Below, in pieces: positions 10,901-16,873 of a stretch of DNA of 64,000 nucleotides; within the stretch, counting starts at the first letter, position 1, and each line of letters opens with the position of its first letter. Below the pieces are notes generated by a model. The model worked only from the letters and a program-made list of their open reading frames with translations, searched no databases and was not told the DNA's origin. A program made the position numbers and the translations under genes. This DNA is from a virus: the IMG/VR virus record IMGVR_UViG_3300032053_000060, positions 3,842-67,841 of that record. One strand, 5' to 3'.

Positions 10901-12714
10901 TCAGTATAATTTAATACTCCGTCAACAACCGTGGCTAATAAATTTGAATCTCTATAAACATTATATGCAACTACTTCAAAATTATCCGTCGCCGCATCCC
11001 ATAATAATTGTGCAGACGATGTAGTTAATGTTCCTGCTGATAATGTTGGAGTAGATGGCGCAATTAAATCTGGACCAGCAGTTATACCATTACTTAAAGT
11101 GGAAACATTGTAAAATTTATCAAAAGATTGAATAGTATATGTACCACTTGCTGCGGGATCTAATACTAAGAAATTTGTAGTGCTTTTAGTTCTAACATTT
11201 CCGACTCTTGTTCCATTTCTAAAAATGTAATAACCGTCAACTTTTTCAGCAGATACTGGAGCAGTCCATGATAAGTCTACACCATAACCACTAATAGGTC
11301 TTGATATTAATCCAATTGGTTGGCTTGGAGATGTAATATCTGGAGCGTTGTTAGAAACACTATATTCAAATGCGCCAACGTCTGGGTTGCCTGAACGAAG
11401 TGTGCCATCTAAGTCTATTGTTGGTATACTAGAACCACTTATACCAGCATTAATTAATGTTAAAGCGCCAGAAGTTAAATGTGCATCTCTATATGCTGCG
11501 GAAAAATCATTAGCAAAATTAAATTTTACTAAATTAGTTGCATAATTTCCATCATTATAATTTAAAACATAATTTCCACCGCTGGTAATATTTGATACTG
11601 GAATTGCAAATCCTTCAGCAATATTATTATATACTGTGGTAACACCAGTATTTATAACAACTGTTATTAACGGAATACTTACACTTCCACTTGCGGCACG
11701 AACTACAGTATTATTGATAATTTTACTATTACTAGGTTTTAAGTATATACCATAAGTATGATCTACTGCAACTAAATTATTTTCAATTGTATAATTATAA
11801 ACGGTTGTGGTAGTAGCTGAACCAAATATACCATAAATTCTACTTGTTGGTCCAGTAGCACTAGTCCAATCTGTATTTAAATGTGCTTGTTTTGGATTTG
11901 TAAATGCTATAAGTTCATTATTTCTAATTATTGTGCGCGGATTAGTATTTGTAGAACCTATTCTTAATATATTAGCTTCAATATTTACACCAACACCACT
12001 GCCACCATTTATAGTGGAAAATTTAGAATGCGCGTTCATAACTTTATTGTATTCAAATGTCGAATAATCTGAAGCTAATAATGCACCATAATCAACATAT
12101 CTAGTGCTAAATGCAAAATCTTCAATTGTATTATAACCAACATATGCACTAGTAGAACCAGAATACGAATATATACCACTGTTGTTATATAAATGGTTTC
12201 CAATAAATCTATTTCCGAGTCCGTAATTTTTAATACCAGCAGTCACACCAGCTTCAGCAACCCATGTTGCGTCAGACCATACAGAGGCGTCTTGCGCTCC
12301 ATATACAGTACAATTTTCAATTGTAATATGATTTGAAGGACTTGAAGAATACATGGTTACAGATTTATTTCCAGATAATGCTACTAATGCAAAATCAGAA
12401 TGTCCAGCAGGAGTCGCAGAACGAGTTATTGTAAGACCTTTAAAATTCCAATGATTAGCACCACTTAAAGTTAAACTACGAATAATTGGCGAATGTCCAG
12501 AGACTGGTAATACATATACATCAGCACTAGCATTTAAACTTCCACTATTAACTATAAATGGCGTACCATGATAACCACGTTTTAAATATATTTTATCACC
12601 AGGATTAAATACTTTATTAGCAACAACTAATGCTAAAGTACTCCAAGGTTGACTGTTTGTACCAGGGTTGTTTATATTACCATTAAGTGGATCTACATAA
12701 TAATCTATACCCAT
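1..12714 (-). CDS. Giant (>4,238 aa, 3'-truncated by window) protein: 3 right-handed beta-helix (DUF1565/pectin-lyase-like) domains plus ~30 FN3 repeats; putative virion fibre/depolymerase
   Basis: ATG at 12714 with GAGGGAG RBS and late promoter upstream; starts MGIDYYVDPLNGNINNPGTNSQPWSTL...PGDKIYLKRGYHG. The same frame gave sensible protein at spot checks (9630 FYVNPLIGNINNPG, 6483 YYIDPLIGKDSNDG, 1-60 PLTTYTDINLDNFTTYNYFI). The ORF track reports no terminated ORF in this frame, consistent with no stop codon in the window. Confidence 0.93.
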   Translation of the reverse strand, partial: MGIDYYVDPLNGNINNPGTNSQPWSTLALVVANKVFNPGDKIYLKRGYHGTPFIVNSGSLNASADVYVLPVSGHSPIIRSLTLSGANHWNFKGLTITRSATPAGHSDFALVALSGNKSVTMYSSSPSNHITIENCTVYGAQDASVWSDATWVAEAGVTAGIKNYGLGNRFIGNHLYNNSGIYSYSGSTSAYVGYNTIEDFAFSTRYVDYGALLASDYSTFEYNKVMNAHSKFSTINGGSGVGVNIEANILRIGSTNTNPRTIIRNNELIAFTNPKQAHLNTDWTSATGPTSRIYGIFGSATTTTVYNYTIENNLVAVDHTYGIYLKPSNSKIINNTVVRAASGSVSIPLITVVINTGVTTVYNNIAEGFAIPVSNITSGGNYVLNYNDGNYATNLVKFNFANDFSAAYRDAHLTSGALTLINAGISGSSIPTIDLDGTLRSGNPDVGAFEYSVSNNAPDITSPSQPIGLISRPISGYGVDLSWTAPVSAEKVDGYYIFRNGTRVGNVRTKSTTNFLVLDPAASGTYTIQSFDKFYNVSTLSNGITAGPDLIAPSTPTLSAGTLTTSSAQLLWDAATDNFEVVAYNVYRDSNLLATVVDGVLNYTDTTIVSNSSYNYTLKAKDAYNNLSDASNIVNIITSSSEDLVAPSVPTGLSVSTLSSTSTYITWNASTDNIGGVGLAGYILARNLIEITGSTQNYYTDTGLSENIVYTYKVKSFDLSGNTSAYSTTQTITTGRTLQIPQNFAVINSGPNSISISWDATTDIDSNGSYNIYSSLTSDTSGFSLRLSGIAYNSNDVNDTGLNSGVTYYYKIRALDGLGNISNFSDVSYDTTTDTELPSSPVLSTGTITPTSVNLIWTSSTDNVAVVSYNVYRNSSIITSVTGLSYLNIGLTQNTPYIYNVAAVDSSNNESVYSNSITATTTVPITSDITGPTTPSLSGQVSSSSSISLSWNASTDNVAVSGYNVYRNSFVNPIAFTTGLSYSDTGLIDNTEYVYKVKSKDTSNNESSFSNIITLTTSAGVTTTQTEFYVNPLIGNINNPGTIRQPWNTLADVVNAKTFNPGDRIYLYRGYHGTPYISSGNIAASADVYVLPMPGHTPVIRSLTLRNANRWNFKGLTISRANTPSGHADITGIFNANKAVTTYTGVGNNSSYITIENCTIYGAQDTSSWTDTNWITEAGIGTGIKNYGLGNTFRGNHLYNIGGIESYSGSTSAYIGHNIIEDFAIGTTSTAAVTLQSDYATFEYNKVLNAHTKFATVNSGNNTEGRMLLLGASSTNPISYIKNNEFIAFTNPKQAHLSRAWNAASGPEGRIYGIIPSATGTSAYNVSIENNIIIIDHPYGIYLKTAGTKSRINFNTILRATSGSQSGVQVPIITILSPTYGTSAFNNVAENFVIPVSNMISGGNIALNYNAGDYTTNFANFSYANDYSYARRNAHLTSGALTLLNTGKSSGNLPNTDADGTLRDVPPDVGAYEYTVSNGVPDITSPSQPTGLTVIPISGYGADLSWTSPVSADKVDGYYIFKDSVKVGNVRTKNVTNFLVYNSSVAGTYTIQAFDKYYNTSTLSDAVVVTPDTTPPASPTNLQTSALSQTKVIISWTGSSDGSGSGVIAYALYRNGVNFVNVTPNISGTESYSDTGLLQGTQYTYNIRAIDASNNYSNYSSDSIVTTISDFDSVAPSVPENLTAVTTSISGSYISWNASTDNYGFGVTAYDLYRMDSGGPEYTLISTIPSSSTSYNDSGLSSETHYTYKATAKDQAGNISDFSNISTILTYKLVNSPENLDVSIVSILNNIIYMNWDAPTVGASGVDFYDVYRNINNTQYDYLVTLTSNITEYTDNSPISGSSAYTYGVKSKDISGNVSEFSNLVTIIVPDIGVPSTPSLSATTISPTAVYLNWTNSSDNVAVIDYELVRDISGSNVVTVSNISATSYYDLDGLLLPLTTYNYKVRARDAANNYSNYSNSATVTTPSPIVFPNAPTGLLATLSGSNSTVVTWNAATVNVGGSLVSSYELYRNNFSTAIVNTSGIYYFDTGLLSDSTYTYKVKSVDVINNKSDFSNSSTVNTPLSASPRLTEYYIDPLIGKDSNDGSINSPWKTFAEVVSSQSFQAEDTIYLARGYHGCPDITQQITGGKVLVTPMQGHTPIFGKLRTFGAWNWTIDGITITSKLMPANAFIPTWTSQNAGDGNAAMSQAIILGALANSGKASTNITIQNCTIYGAQNVIERGSGYYPSQKSTMTTLRGTSPSQYGSYWMERIGNGIEVGLAASTTQACTNAKFIGNHLRNYAGFMLDFKGNTTTISGNIIEGATSDAMHVTQNGTVIVNNKIQEMFKVTDSNHNDMIQFRGTVSDIKVQNNELRSLVNPFNPYLPSGIVNYAAWAGNTSITGNYFPYGAPFSDVQGIGGFDGGDRHIITNNIVMVDHPIGIWLEGSDRSLIANNTVIRATSGYYDPHIAGAYSPLCTSSRPPGIRIGKKNSGGSYTGAGSTNCSAFNNISEHFELSTGTSVDGGIGNGGVAMGAGPFTNNYTIDMTSSSQRNKFMFTGNRNWSMVKNLHLKSTAGATVLNVGLTTPSTPILDKEGNIRLNPPDLGAYEQDYTLTETAAPSTAPVITSVIGISAYGVDIQWTASPVQEKVEGYYVYKNLIKVGTVRAKNTTRFFDVMITTPISASYTVKSFNEYFDESPSSAEYLWFKDVTAPSAPVITAATALSKTRSLISFTDSTDNVDVLGYYIYRDGILVNSIPSYGDSSYIDTNLTAGTTYDYYIITTDTYGNISSPSNTVNITTTSDLDTESPTTPTNVTAEAISISSAYLTWTKSIDNINGESGVIGYVIAKNIKNDISLIESTITGSNFGAYTDIGLTPGTTYEYRIKAIDQSFNYSSYSQITSGSTVTLPTIILDPPTDLIAEPINSSEIDLSWTAPAYAVLTYTMFRADGINNITFDIVGRSTGDNSTVTNYVDRMSLVIGNSYTYKIFATDLSGNISDFSNEATAITPDDLAPTLPSISAGTITPSSVQIMWHPSVDNFGVAGYDIYRDNSIITTITGNSYTDVGLTNGTEYTYAIDVFDINGNYSVLSNVLTISTLDNEPPSTPVISVGTITTSSIQVLWDASTDNIAISGYDIYRGTSSIVYIASTTDTSYTNTGLSVGTSYTYRIKAKDISGNATVYSNAITASTLDNVVPSTPVISAGTVTPTSAQISWTASTDNVAVSGYDIYRDTFTTPVTSITGISYTDTTLVPSVTYTYKIKSKDTSNNFSSFSNTVIINTLDNVAPSTPVISAGTINATSVQILWNASTDNTAVSGYDIYRNTFTTPITSIVGTSYTDSSLITTTTYVYKIKSKDTSNNFSVFSNAITATTLDNVVPSTPVISAGTITPATINIHWNASTDNVAVSGYDIYRDTFTTPITSITGTSYTDSGLISTTQYVYKIKSKDTSNNFSVFSNAISSTTLDNIVPSTPVISAGTVSATSVQLLWTASTDNVAVSGYDIYRNTFTTPITSIVGTSYNNIGLTSAITYIYKIKSKDTSNNFSVFSNAITATTLDTVAPTAPSISAGTITPTSANILWTASTDNVSVSGYDIYRDTFTTPVTSIIGTSYTDNSLIANNSYTYKVKAKDTSNNFSNFSNTLSLNTLDTNAPTTPTISAGTISATSAQILWDASTDNTAVSGYSIYRDDFVTPIAFTTNLTYNDITLTNGTAYTYKVKAKDTTFNDSGFSNTLIINTLDTTAPTAPTISFGTISATTIYVNWAASTDNVSVSGYDIYRDTFTTPITSIVGTSYADSGLISTTRYVYKVKSKDTSNNFSVFSNAITATTLDNIAPSTPSISSAMVTATVISIHWTASTDNVAVSGYDIYRDTFTTPITSITGTSFVNFGLTNGTSYTYKVKAKDTSNNFSDFSNTLTLTTLDNEAPTIPTIFAGTTTISSATINWNASTDNVGVSGYYVYRLDLFPTPVGFTTDTTFTDSPLADVTTYVYSVIAIDAAGNNSNYNEISLTTLDNTPPSVPSISAYTITTSSIYLSWNASTDNVAVSGYDIYRDTFTTPITSITGTSFVNFGLTNYTTYTYKVKAKDTSNNFSDFSNTLVQTTLDGVPPSIPSISAGTVTPYDIQILWNASTDTAGVSGYTVYKNNEFQTFTTDTFYNDVALTNGTNYSYKVSSMDIFGNTSDISNILIVRTLDNENPSDPTIYSGSITPSSIQITWDVSIDNVAVSGYDIYRDMVNVASVQSPLTTYTDINLDNFTTYNYFI
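6520..8270 (-). repeat. Block of ~6 FN3 repeats between beta-helix domains 2 and 3
   Basis: Repeats begin DITSPSQP, DTTPPASP, DSVAPSVP, VNSPENL, DIGVPSTP, IVFPNAP; boundaries approximate. Confidence 0.8.
9650..11345 (-). repeat. Block of ~6 FN3 repeats between beta-helix domains 1 and 2
   Basis: Repeats begin DITSPSQP, DLIAPSTP, DLVAPSVP, LQIPQN, DTELPSSP, DITGPTTP; boundaries approximate. Confidence 0.8.
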
Positions 12715-12756
12715 TTTTTCAATCTCCCTCAAAATTTAGTTTCTTATTGATATAGT

Positions 12757-12764
12757 TATTTATA
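12757..12764 (-). promoter_or_regulatory. T4-type late promoter TATAAATA for the giant gene
   Basis: Exact TATAAATA 43 nt upstream of the ATG; same TATAAATAACTATAT context as the gp22 promoter. Confidence 0.8.
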
Positions 12765-12899
12765 TTAAAATATGACATTTTTTATAATATAATAAATAAA
12801 AATTTAATACAAAAATATTTTTTAAAACGAAAATTTAATGAATATTTTAATAAATTTTATTAAAATGTCCCAATAAGTATTCAATATGCTATTTTAAAA

Positions 12900-13487
12900 T
12901 CAAATCTTATAATGAATTTTAATTAATTTGACCAATTCCCATTTTTTTTCTTTTGGCTTTTTATCATTTAAAAATGACATATCTATATTTAAAGCCTTAC
13001 AAGCACGTTCCAATTGTTCAACTTTTATCGTTAACCAATTGACAACCCTTGGATCAAAATCAACTATATCTATTTCTGGAGAATTTTTAACAATATCTTT
13101 TTCAATAATGTCAGTTTCTTTTTCATTTTGTTTTATAATAGGACTATGATTCTCTATAACCGTCTCAGCAATCTGCTTATTGATTGGTTCTGGTTCATAT
13201 TCTGCCGCAGGCTCATCTTTTTTAACATCCATTGGAATTCTATATCGTTCTGGAATCTGTATTTCTTCTACTTTGTTGTCAGTATACTCCATTTTATTAT
13301 TTTGTGTCATAGAATCAATCATGCTAAAATCTGCCATTAGAGGTGATAAAAAAGGAAATTGAGTAAGTATTTCATACGGACCTTGAATTACTTCACCAGT
13401 TTTTAAAGTTATTGCTGGTGAATCTTTTTCCCACACTTTTCTTAAATTTACAGGAAATTCCATTTTATTATAAAATCTTATTTGCAT
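12900..13487 (-). CDS. Hypothetical protein; small N-terminal domain, acidic linker, possible C-terminal helix-extended-helix (Rho-N/SAP-like) motif
   Basis: 195-aa ORF with GGAGAG RBS; C-terminus IKVEQLERACKALNI...KWELVKLI. Confidence 0.7.
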   Translation of the reverse strand: MQIRFYNKMEFPVNLRKVWEKDSPAITLKTGEVIQGPYEILTQFPFLSPLMADFSMIDSMTQNNKMEYTDNKVEEIQIPERYRIPMDVKKDEPAAEYEPEPINKQIAETVIENHSPIIKQNEKETDIIEKDIVKNSPEIDIVDFDPRVVNWLTIKVEQLERACKALNIDMSFLNDKKPKEKKWELVKLIKIHYKI

Positions 13488-13540
13488 ATTATCTCTCCAT
13501 TATTAAATATTATATCATATTTAATTCATATTTAACGGAA

Positions 13541-15304
13541 TTAGCAATTTATCTTCCATTTTTTATATCCACAATCCCATAATTTATATATTTCATTAGT
13601 TTTCGTTATTTCGCTTTCACTACCATTTTCAAGTTTAAATAACTTTTTAAGTCTATATTTATTAAAAGTAAATCTATGTTTTCGCTTCCATAATGTAATA
13701 TTTCCAACATAAAAATATCTAATTGGTATACAACTGATCAAAGAAAACCCATTTTTTAAATATACATCTCCACTACCCCACCTATTATCACTGTATGATA
13801 TTAAAGTTTTCGTTCTATTAAATCTTCTAAAATGTGTTAATAATTTACTAAATGCACCGGGAATAGAACAATTTAACTTATTACAAAATCTATTTAGCTC
13901 AAAATCAGCTTTTCTAGTTTTTATAGCGTTATTAAAACACATTATAGATATTAGTTCATTTTTATAATATAACCCATAAGATATAGTCGTTTGTTTACAA
14001 TATCCTTGTAAATGATTAGTTTCACAAAATACATGGCTATCATATTTATTAACCATTTTAATTTCACATTTTCTAGCAAATACTTTATAATCACAAATTC
14101 CTAAAGAATTTTTTATTTTAGATTTACAAATTTCATTTTTATCATCCCATTCATCTTCAAAAATAGTCAATAACTTCACATTTTTTTCTAAACATTTGAG
14201 TAATTTATCATTATGATAATTTTTATCTGATATATATTTTTCACTATGCCAAATATTTCCACAAAATTCTATAGCAAGATTTTTATTAGGAATGAAAATA
14301 TCTAATTCTTTTGGGGAAATAACAGTTTTATCATTTTGTATAACTATATCTAAATATATACTTTGTACAAAGTCGTATACTTCATTTTCTTTTCCTCTTT
14401 TTATACTTTTATAACATTTAGGACATACAAGTTTATAATACTTTCCAGTTATTTGCGACCAAGAAAAATTAAAATCATGTCCACAATCATTACATTTAAA
14501 ATTTATAAGGGATTCAGTGGTATTATAATATATATCAGTATCAGGAATAAATATTCTATTTTCTTTACATATATTTTTTAATTTTTCACAAACTTGTTTT
14601 TTATTTTTTAGTTTACTACACCCTAAACACTTATTTAAATTATTTATTAAAGTTTCAACTTCATAACCACAATCATTACACTTAAATTTAGATTTAACTC
14701 TTGTACCATTAAATTCTATAATTGACCAATTAAGTTTTTGTATTTTATTTAAACAACTTGGGGTTATAACTTTATTAATTGATGGGTGTGGTATGTTAAA
14801 TGTTACACCATTTTCAATTTTAATCTTTTCTATTTTATTTAAATACTCAGCTTCAGTTAAAATGCCAATACTTCTTATTTTGCAAATTTGACATTCTATT
14901 TTTTGTTGAGTTTTTTCAAAATATCCTAAAGATTTAATAACTATCTTATTTAAATCATTTTTACAAATAAAAGTTAGAGAATCATCCCATCTATTATAAA
15001 ACTCTTTTTTTGGTTCATAATCTAAATTAAATTTATCACAATAATCTATTATTAATTGTTTTGGTATGCCCATTTCTATATACTTTTGTTCTTTTTCACA
15101 ATGAGGACAAATGGTAATATCTTTTTGATTTCTGCGTATTTGAGTTATAGAAACTTTATAAATATGATTTAAATTATTTTTACACTTAATTTCTATTAAA
15201 GTATTACAATTGAATTCTGATTTACTAGGAATATTTATTTCAACATTTTTAAATAAAAAATATTCATTTAATAAATCCGTCATGTTCGGCTTTGGACGAG
15301 GCAT
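13541..15304 (-). CDS. Hef-like homing endonuclease: Zn-ribbon repeats + Vsr/DUF559-like nuclease + C-terminal Mom/GNAT-like domain
   Basis: Multiple CxxC; KELDIFIPNKNLAIEFCGNIWHS; C-terminal NHLQG..ELNRFC..GAFSKLL..ISYSDNRWGSGDVY..GF..WDCG. Confidence 0.7.
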   Translation of the reverse strand: MPRPKPNMTDLLNEYFLFKNVEINIPSKSEFNCNTLIEIKCKNNLNHIYKVSITQIRRNQKDITICPHCEKEQKYIEMGIPKQLIIDYCDKFNLDYEPKKEFYNRWDDSLTFICKNDLNKIVIKSLGYFEKTQQKIECQICKIRSIGILTEAEYLNKIEKIKIENGVTFNIPHPSINKVITPSCLNKIQKLNWSIIEFNGTRVKSKFKCNDCGYEVETLINNLNKCLGCSKLKNKKQVCEKLKNICKENRIFIPDTDIYYNTTESLINFKCNDCGHDFNFSWSQITGKYYKLVCPKCYKSIKRGKENEVYDFVQSIYLDIVIQNDKTVISPKELDIFIPNKNLAIEFCGNIWHSEKYISDKNYHNDKLLKCLEKNVKLLTIFEDEWDDKNEICKSKIKNSLGICDYKVFARKCEIKMVNKYDSHVFCETNHLQGYCKQTTISYGLYYKNELISIMCFNNAIKTRKADFELNRFCNKLNCSIPGAFSKLLTHFRRFNRTKTLISYSDNRWGSGDVYLKNGFSLISCIPIRYFYVGNITLWKRKHRFTFNKYRLKKLFKLENGSESEITKTNEIYKLWDCGYKKWKINC

Positions 15305-15339
15305 TATATTATCCTTATTTGGAGTATATATGTCATTTT

Positions 15340-16770
15340 TTAAATGTCAACAATTTTATGCCACAAAAACTTAATAGATCCACATTTATAAACTTTAATA
15401 AATCCGTTTGATGTCATAATGTCGTTTTCGTTCTTAATTTGCGTCTGGTAACGACTTAATACTTTATTTCCTTTTATCCATACATATCCAGGATCAGTTA
15501 TTGATATTTGTTTAAAATTTAACTTTTTGTATAAATTGCCACAAGACCAATCCATATCTGCATATGATATTATATTTTTAGGGTTTATAATTTTTATAAA
15601 GTGAGATAATAATCTACTAGCGCCACCAACTATAGTATCCTTTGAAACATATCTTAATAGTTCATATTCGTGATCAGTAAATCTACTTTTACCAAATGTC
15701 ATTAACGCAACTAATATGTTATCATTATATAATCCATAATTAAATGATGATATAGTCCATCCTTGTAAATGATTTTCTAAACAAAACTTTTTAGCATCTT
15801 TATAAATGACTTCTTTTATTTGTAATTTTCTAGCAAATATAATAACATCTTTTTTTAATATAGATTTTATTCTATTTTTAATGATTTGATTTTTATTAAT
15901 CCAATCATGTTCATAAATCATTATAATGTTTATATTTTTAGATAATCCAAGAAGTTTTTTGTCTTTGTGATAATATTGCCCCTTTTTACCGAAACTATGC
16001 CAATAATTTCCATTATACTCAAATGCGACATTTAATTTTGGAAAATAAAAATCTAATTCTTTTGGATTAATTGCTGATCTATCATTTCTAATATAGTCAA
16101 TATTTTCTATTAATCCCAATGAATCGAAATATTTTTTTAATTCGTTTTCACCATTACTTACAGAAGGCATTATTACACATTTTGGACATCCATTTGCCAA
16201 ATATATATGATTATGTATATTTTGTGAAAATTCGCCATGTTTTTTACATATTATTGTTCTATTCAACCCAGTATCTTCCATTTTTGAATAATCATATTTA
16301 TCGTTATGAATTTTATTAGCTTTTTCTATCCATATGTCTTTATTATATGTGTGATTTCTATTATATATTTCATGTGAACATTTATTACAAATATGTTCAG
16401 ATTTTTTATAAAATAATGATTCTATTTTTATAATTCTTGAATGATTATGTTTTAAACAAGTAATTTTTATTTTAGTTTTATTTCCATTAAATTCTTCCAT
16501 CATTTCAATTTTAATGTTAATAGTATCAAATTTTTTTATTTTTTCGTTATATTTTTCAATGGTTAATGGAGAATTATCATTACAACATTTAATTTTTCTG
16601 GCTTGAAATGTGTATTCTCTAGATTGCAGTTGAGAATACTTATGAATTGGACAAAAAACTTTTATTTTATCTTTTTGTGTTTCTAATCCTGTAAAAGTGT
16701 ATTCATATCCTGTTTTTTGTGAAGATTCATTCAATCTATTTGATATTTCATCTTTAGTCATTTTTTTCAT
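15340..16770 (-). CDS. Second Hef-like homing endonuclease (CxxH/CxxC repeats + Vsr-like nuclease + Mom/GNAT-like domain)
   Basis: CKKHGEFSQ..H..GCPKC; KELDFYFPKLNVAFEYNGNYWHS; NHLQG..ELLRY..GGASRLL..ISYADMDWSCGNLY. Confidence 0.7.
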   Translation of the reverse strand: MKKMTKDEISNRLNESSQKTGYEYTFTGLETQKDKIKVFCPIHKYSQLQSREYTFQARKIKCCNDNSPLTIEKYNEKIKKFDTINIKIEMMEEFNGNKTKIKITCLKHNHSRIIKIESLFYKKSEHICNKCSHEIYNRNHTYNKDIWIEKANKIHNDKYDYSKMEDTGLNRTIICKKHGEFSQNIHNHIYLANGCPKCVIMPSVSNGENELKKYFDSLGLIENIDYIRNDRSAINPKELDFYFPKLNVAFEYNGNYWHSFGKKGQYYHKDKKLLGLSKNINIIMIYEHDWINKNQIIKNRIKSILKKDVIIFARKLQIKEVIYKDAKKFCLENHLQGWTISSFNYGLYNDNILVALMTFGKSRFTDHEYELLRYVSKDTIVGGASRLLSHFIKIINPKNIISYADMDWSCGNLYKKLNFKQISITDPGYVWIKGNKVLSRYQTQIKNENDIMTSNGFIKVYKCGSIKFLWHKIVDI

Positions 16771-16806
16771 AATATATAGCTCCTATATACTATTATATAT
16801 ACAAAT

Positions 16807-16846
16807 AAATAAAAGTAAAGGGTGAAAATAATTCCACCCTTTACTT
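16807..16846 (-). terminator. Intrinsic terminator after the major capsid gene
   Basis: 12-bp stem aagtaaagggtg (16813-16824) / caccctttactt (16835-16846) followed by a U-rich tract on the minus strand. Confidence 0.8.
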
Positions 16847-16873
16847 AAACTATTTATTTAAAATAATTATAGA

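Noticed and set aside
1514-11545. Eleven short plus-strand ORFs in the supplied track
   Set aside because: Antisense shadows of the giant minus-strand gene; their mutual similarity just mirrors the FN3 repeats
12770-12899. Extremely AT-rich gap with a palindrome (ttttaataaattttattaaaa)
   Set aside because: Palindromes of only A/T are expected by chance at this composition
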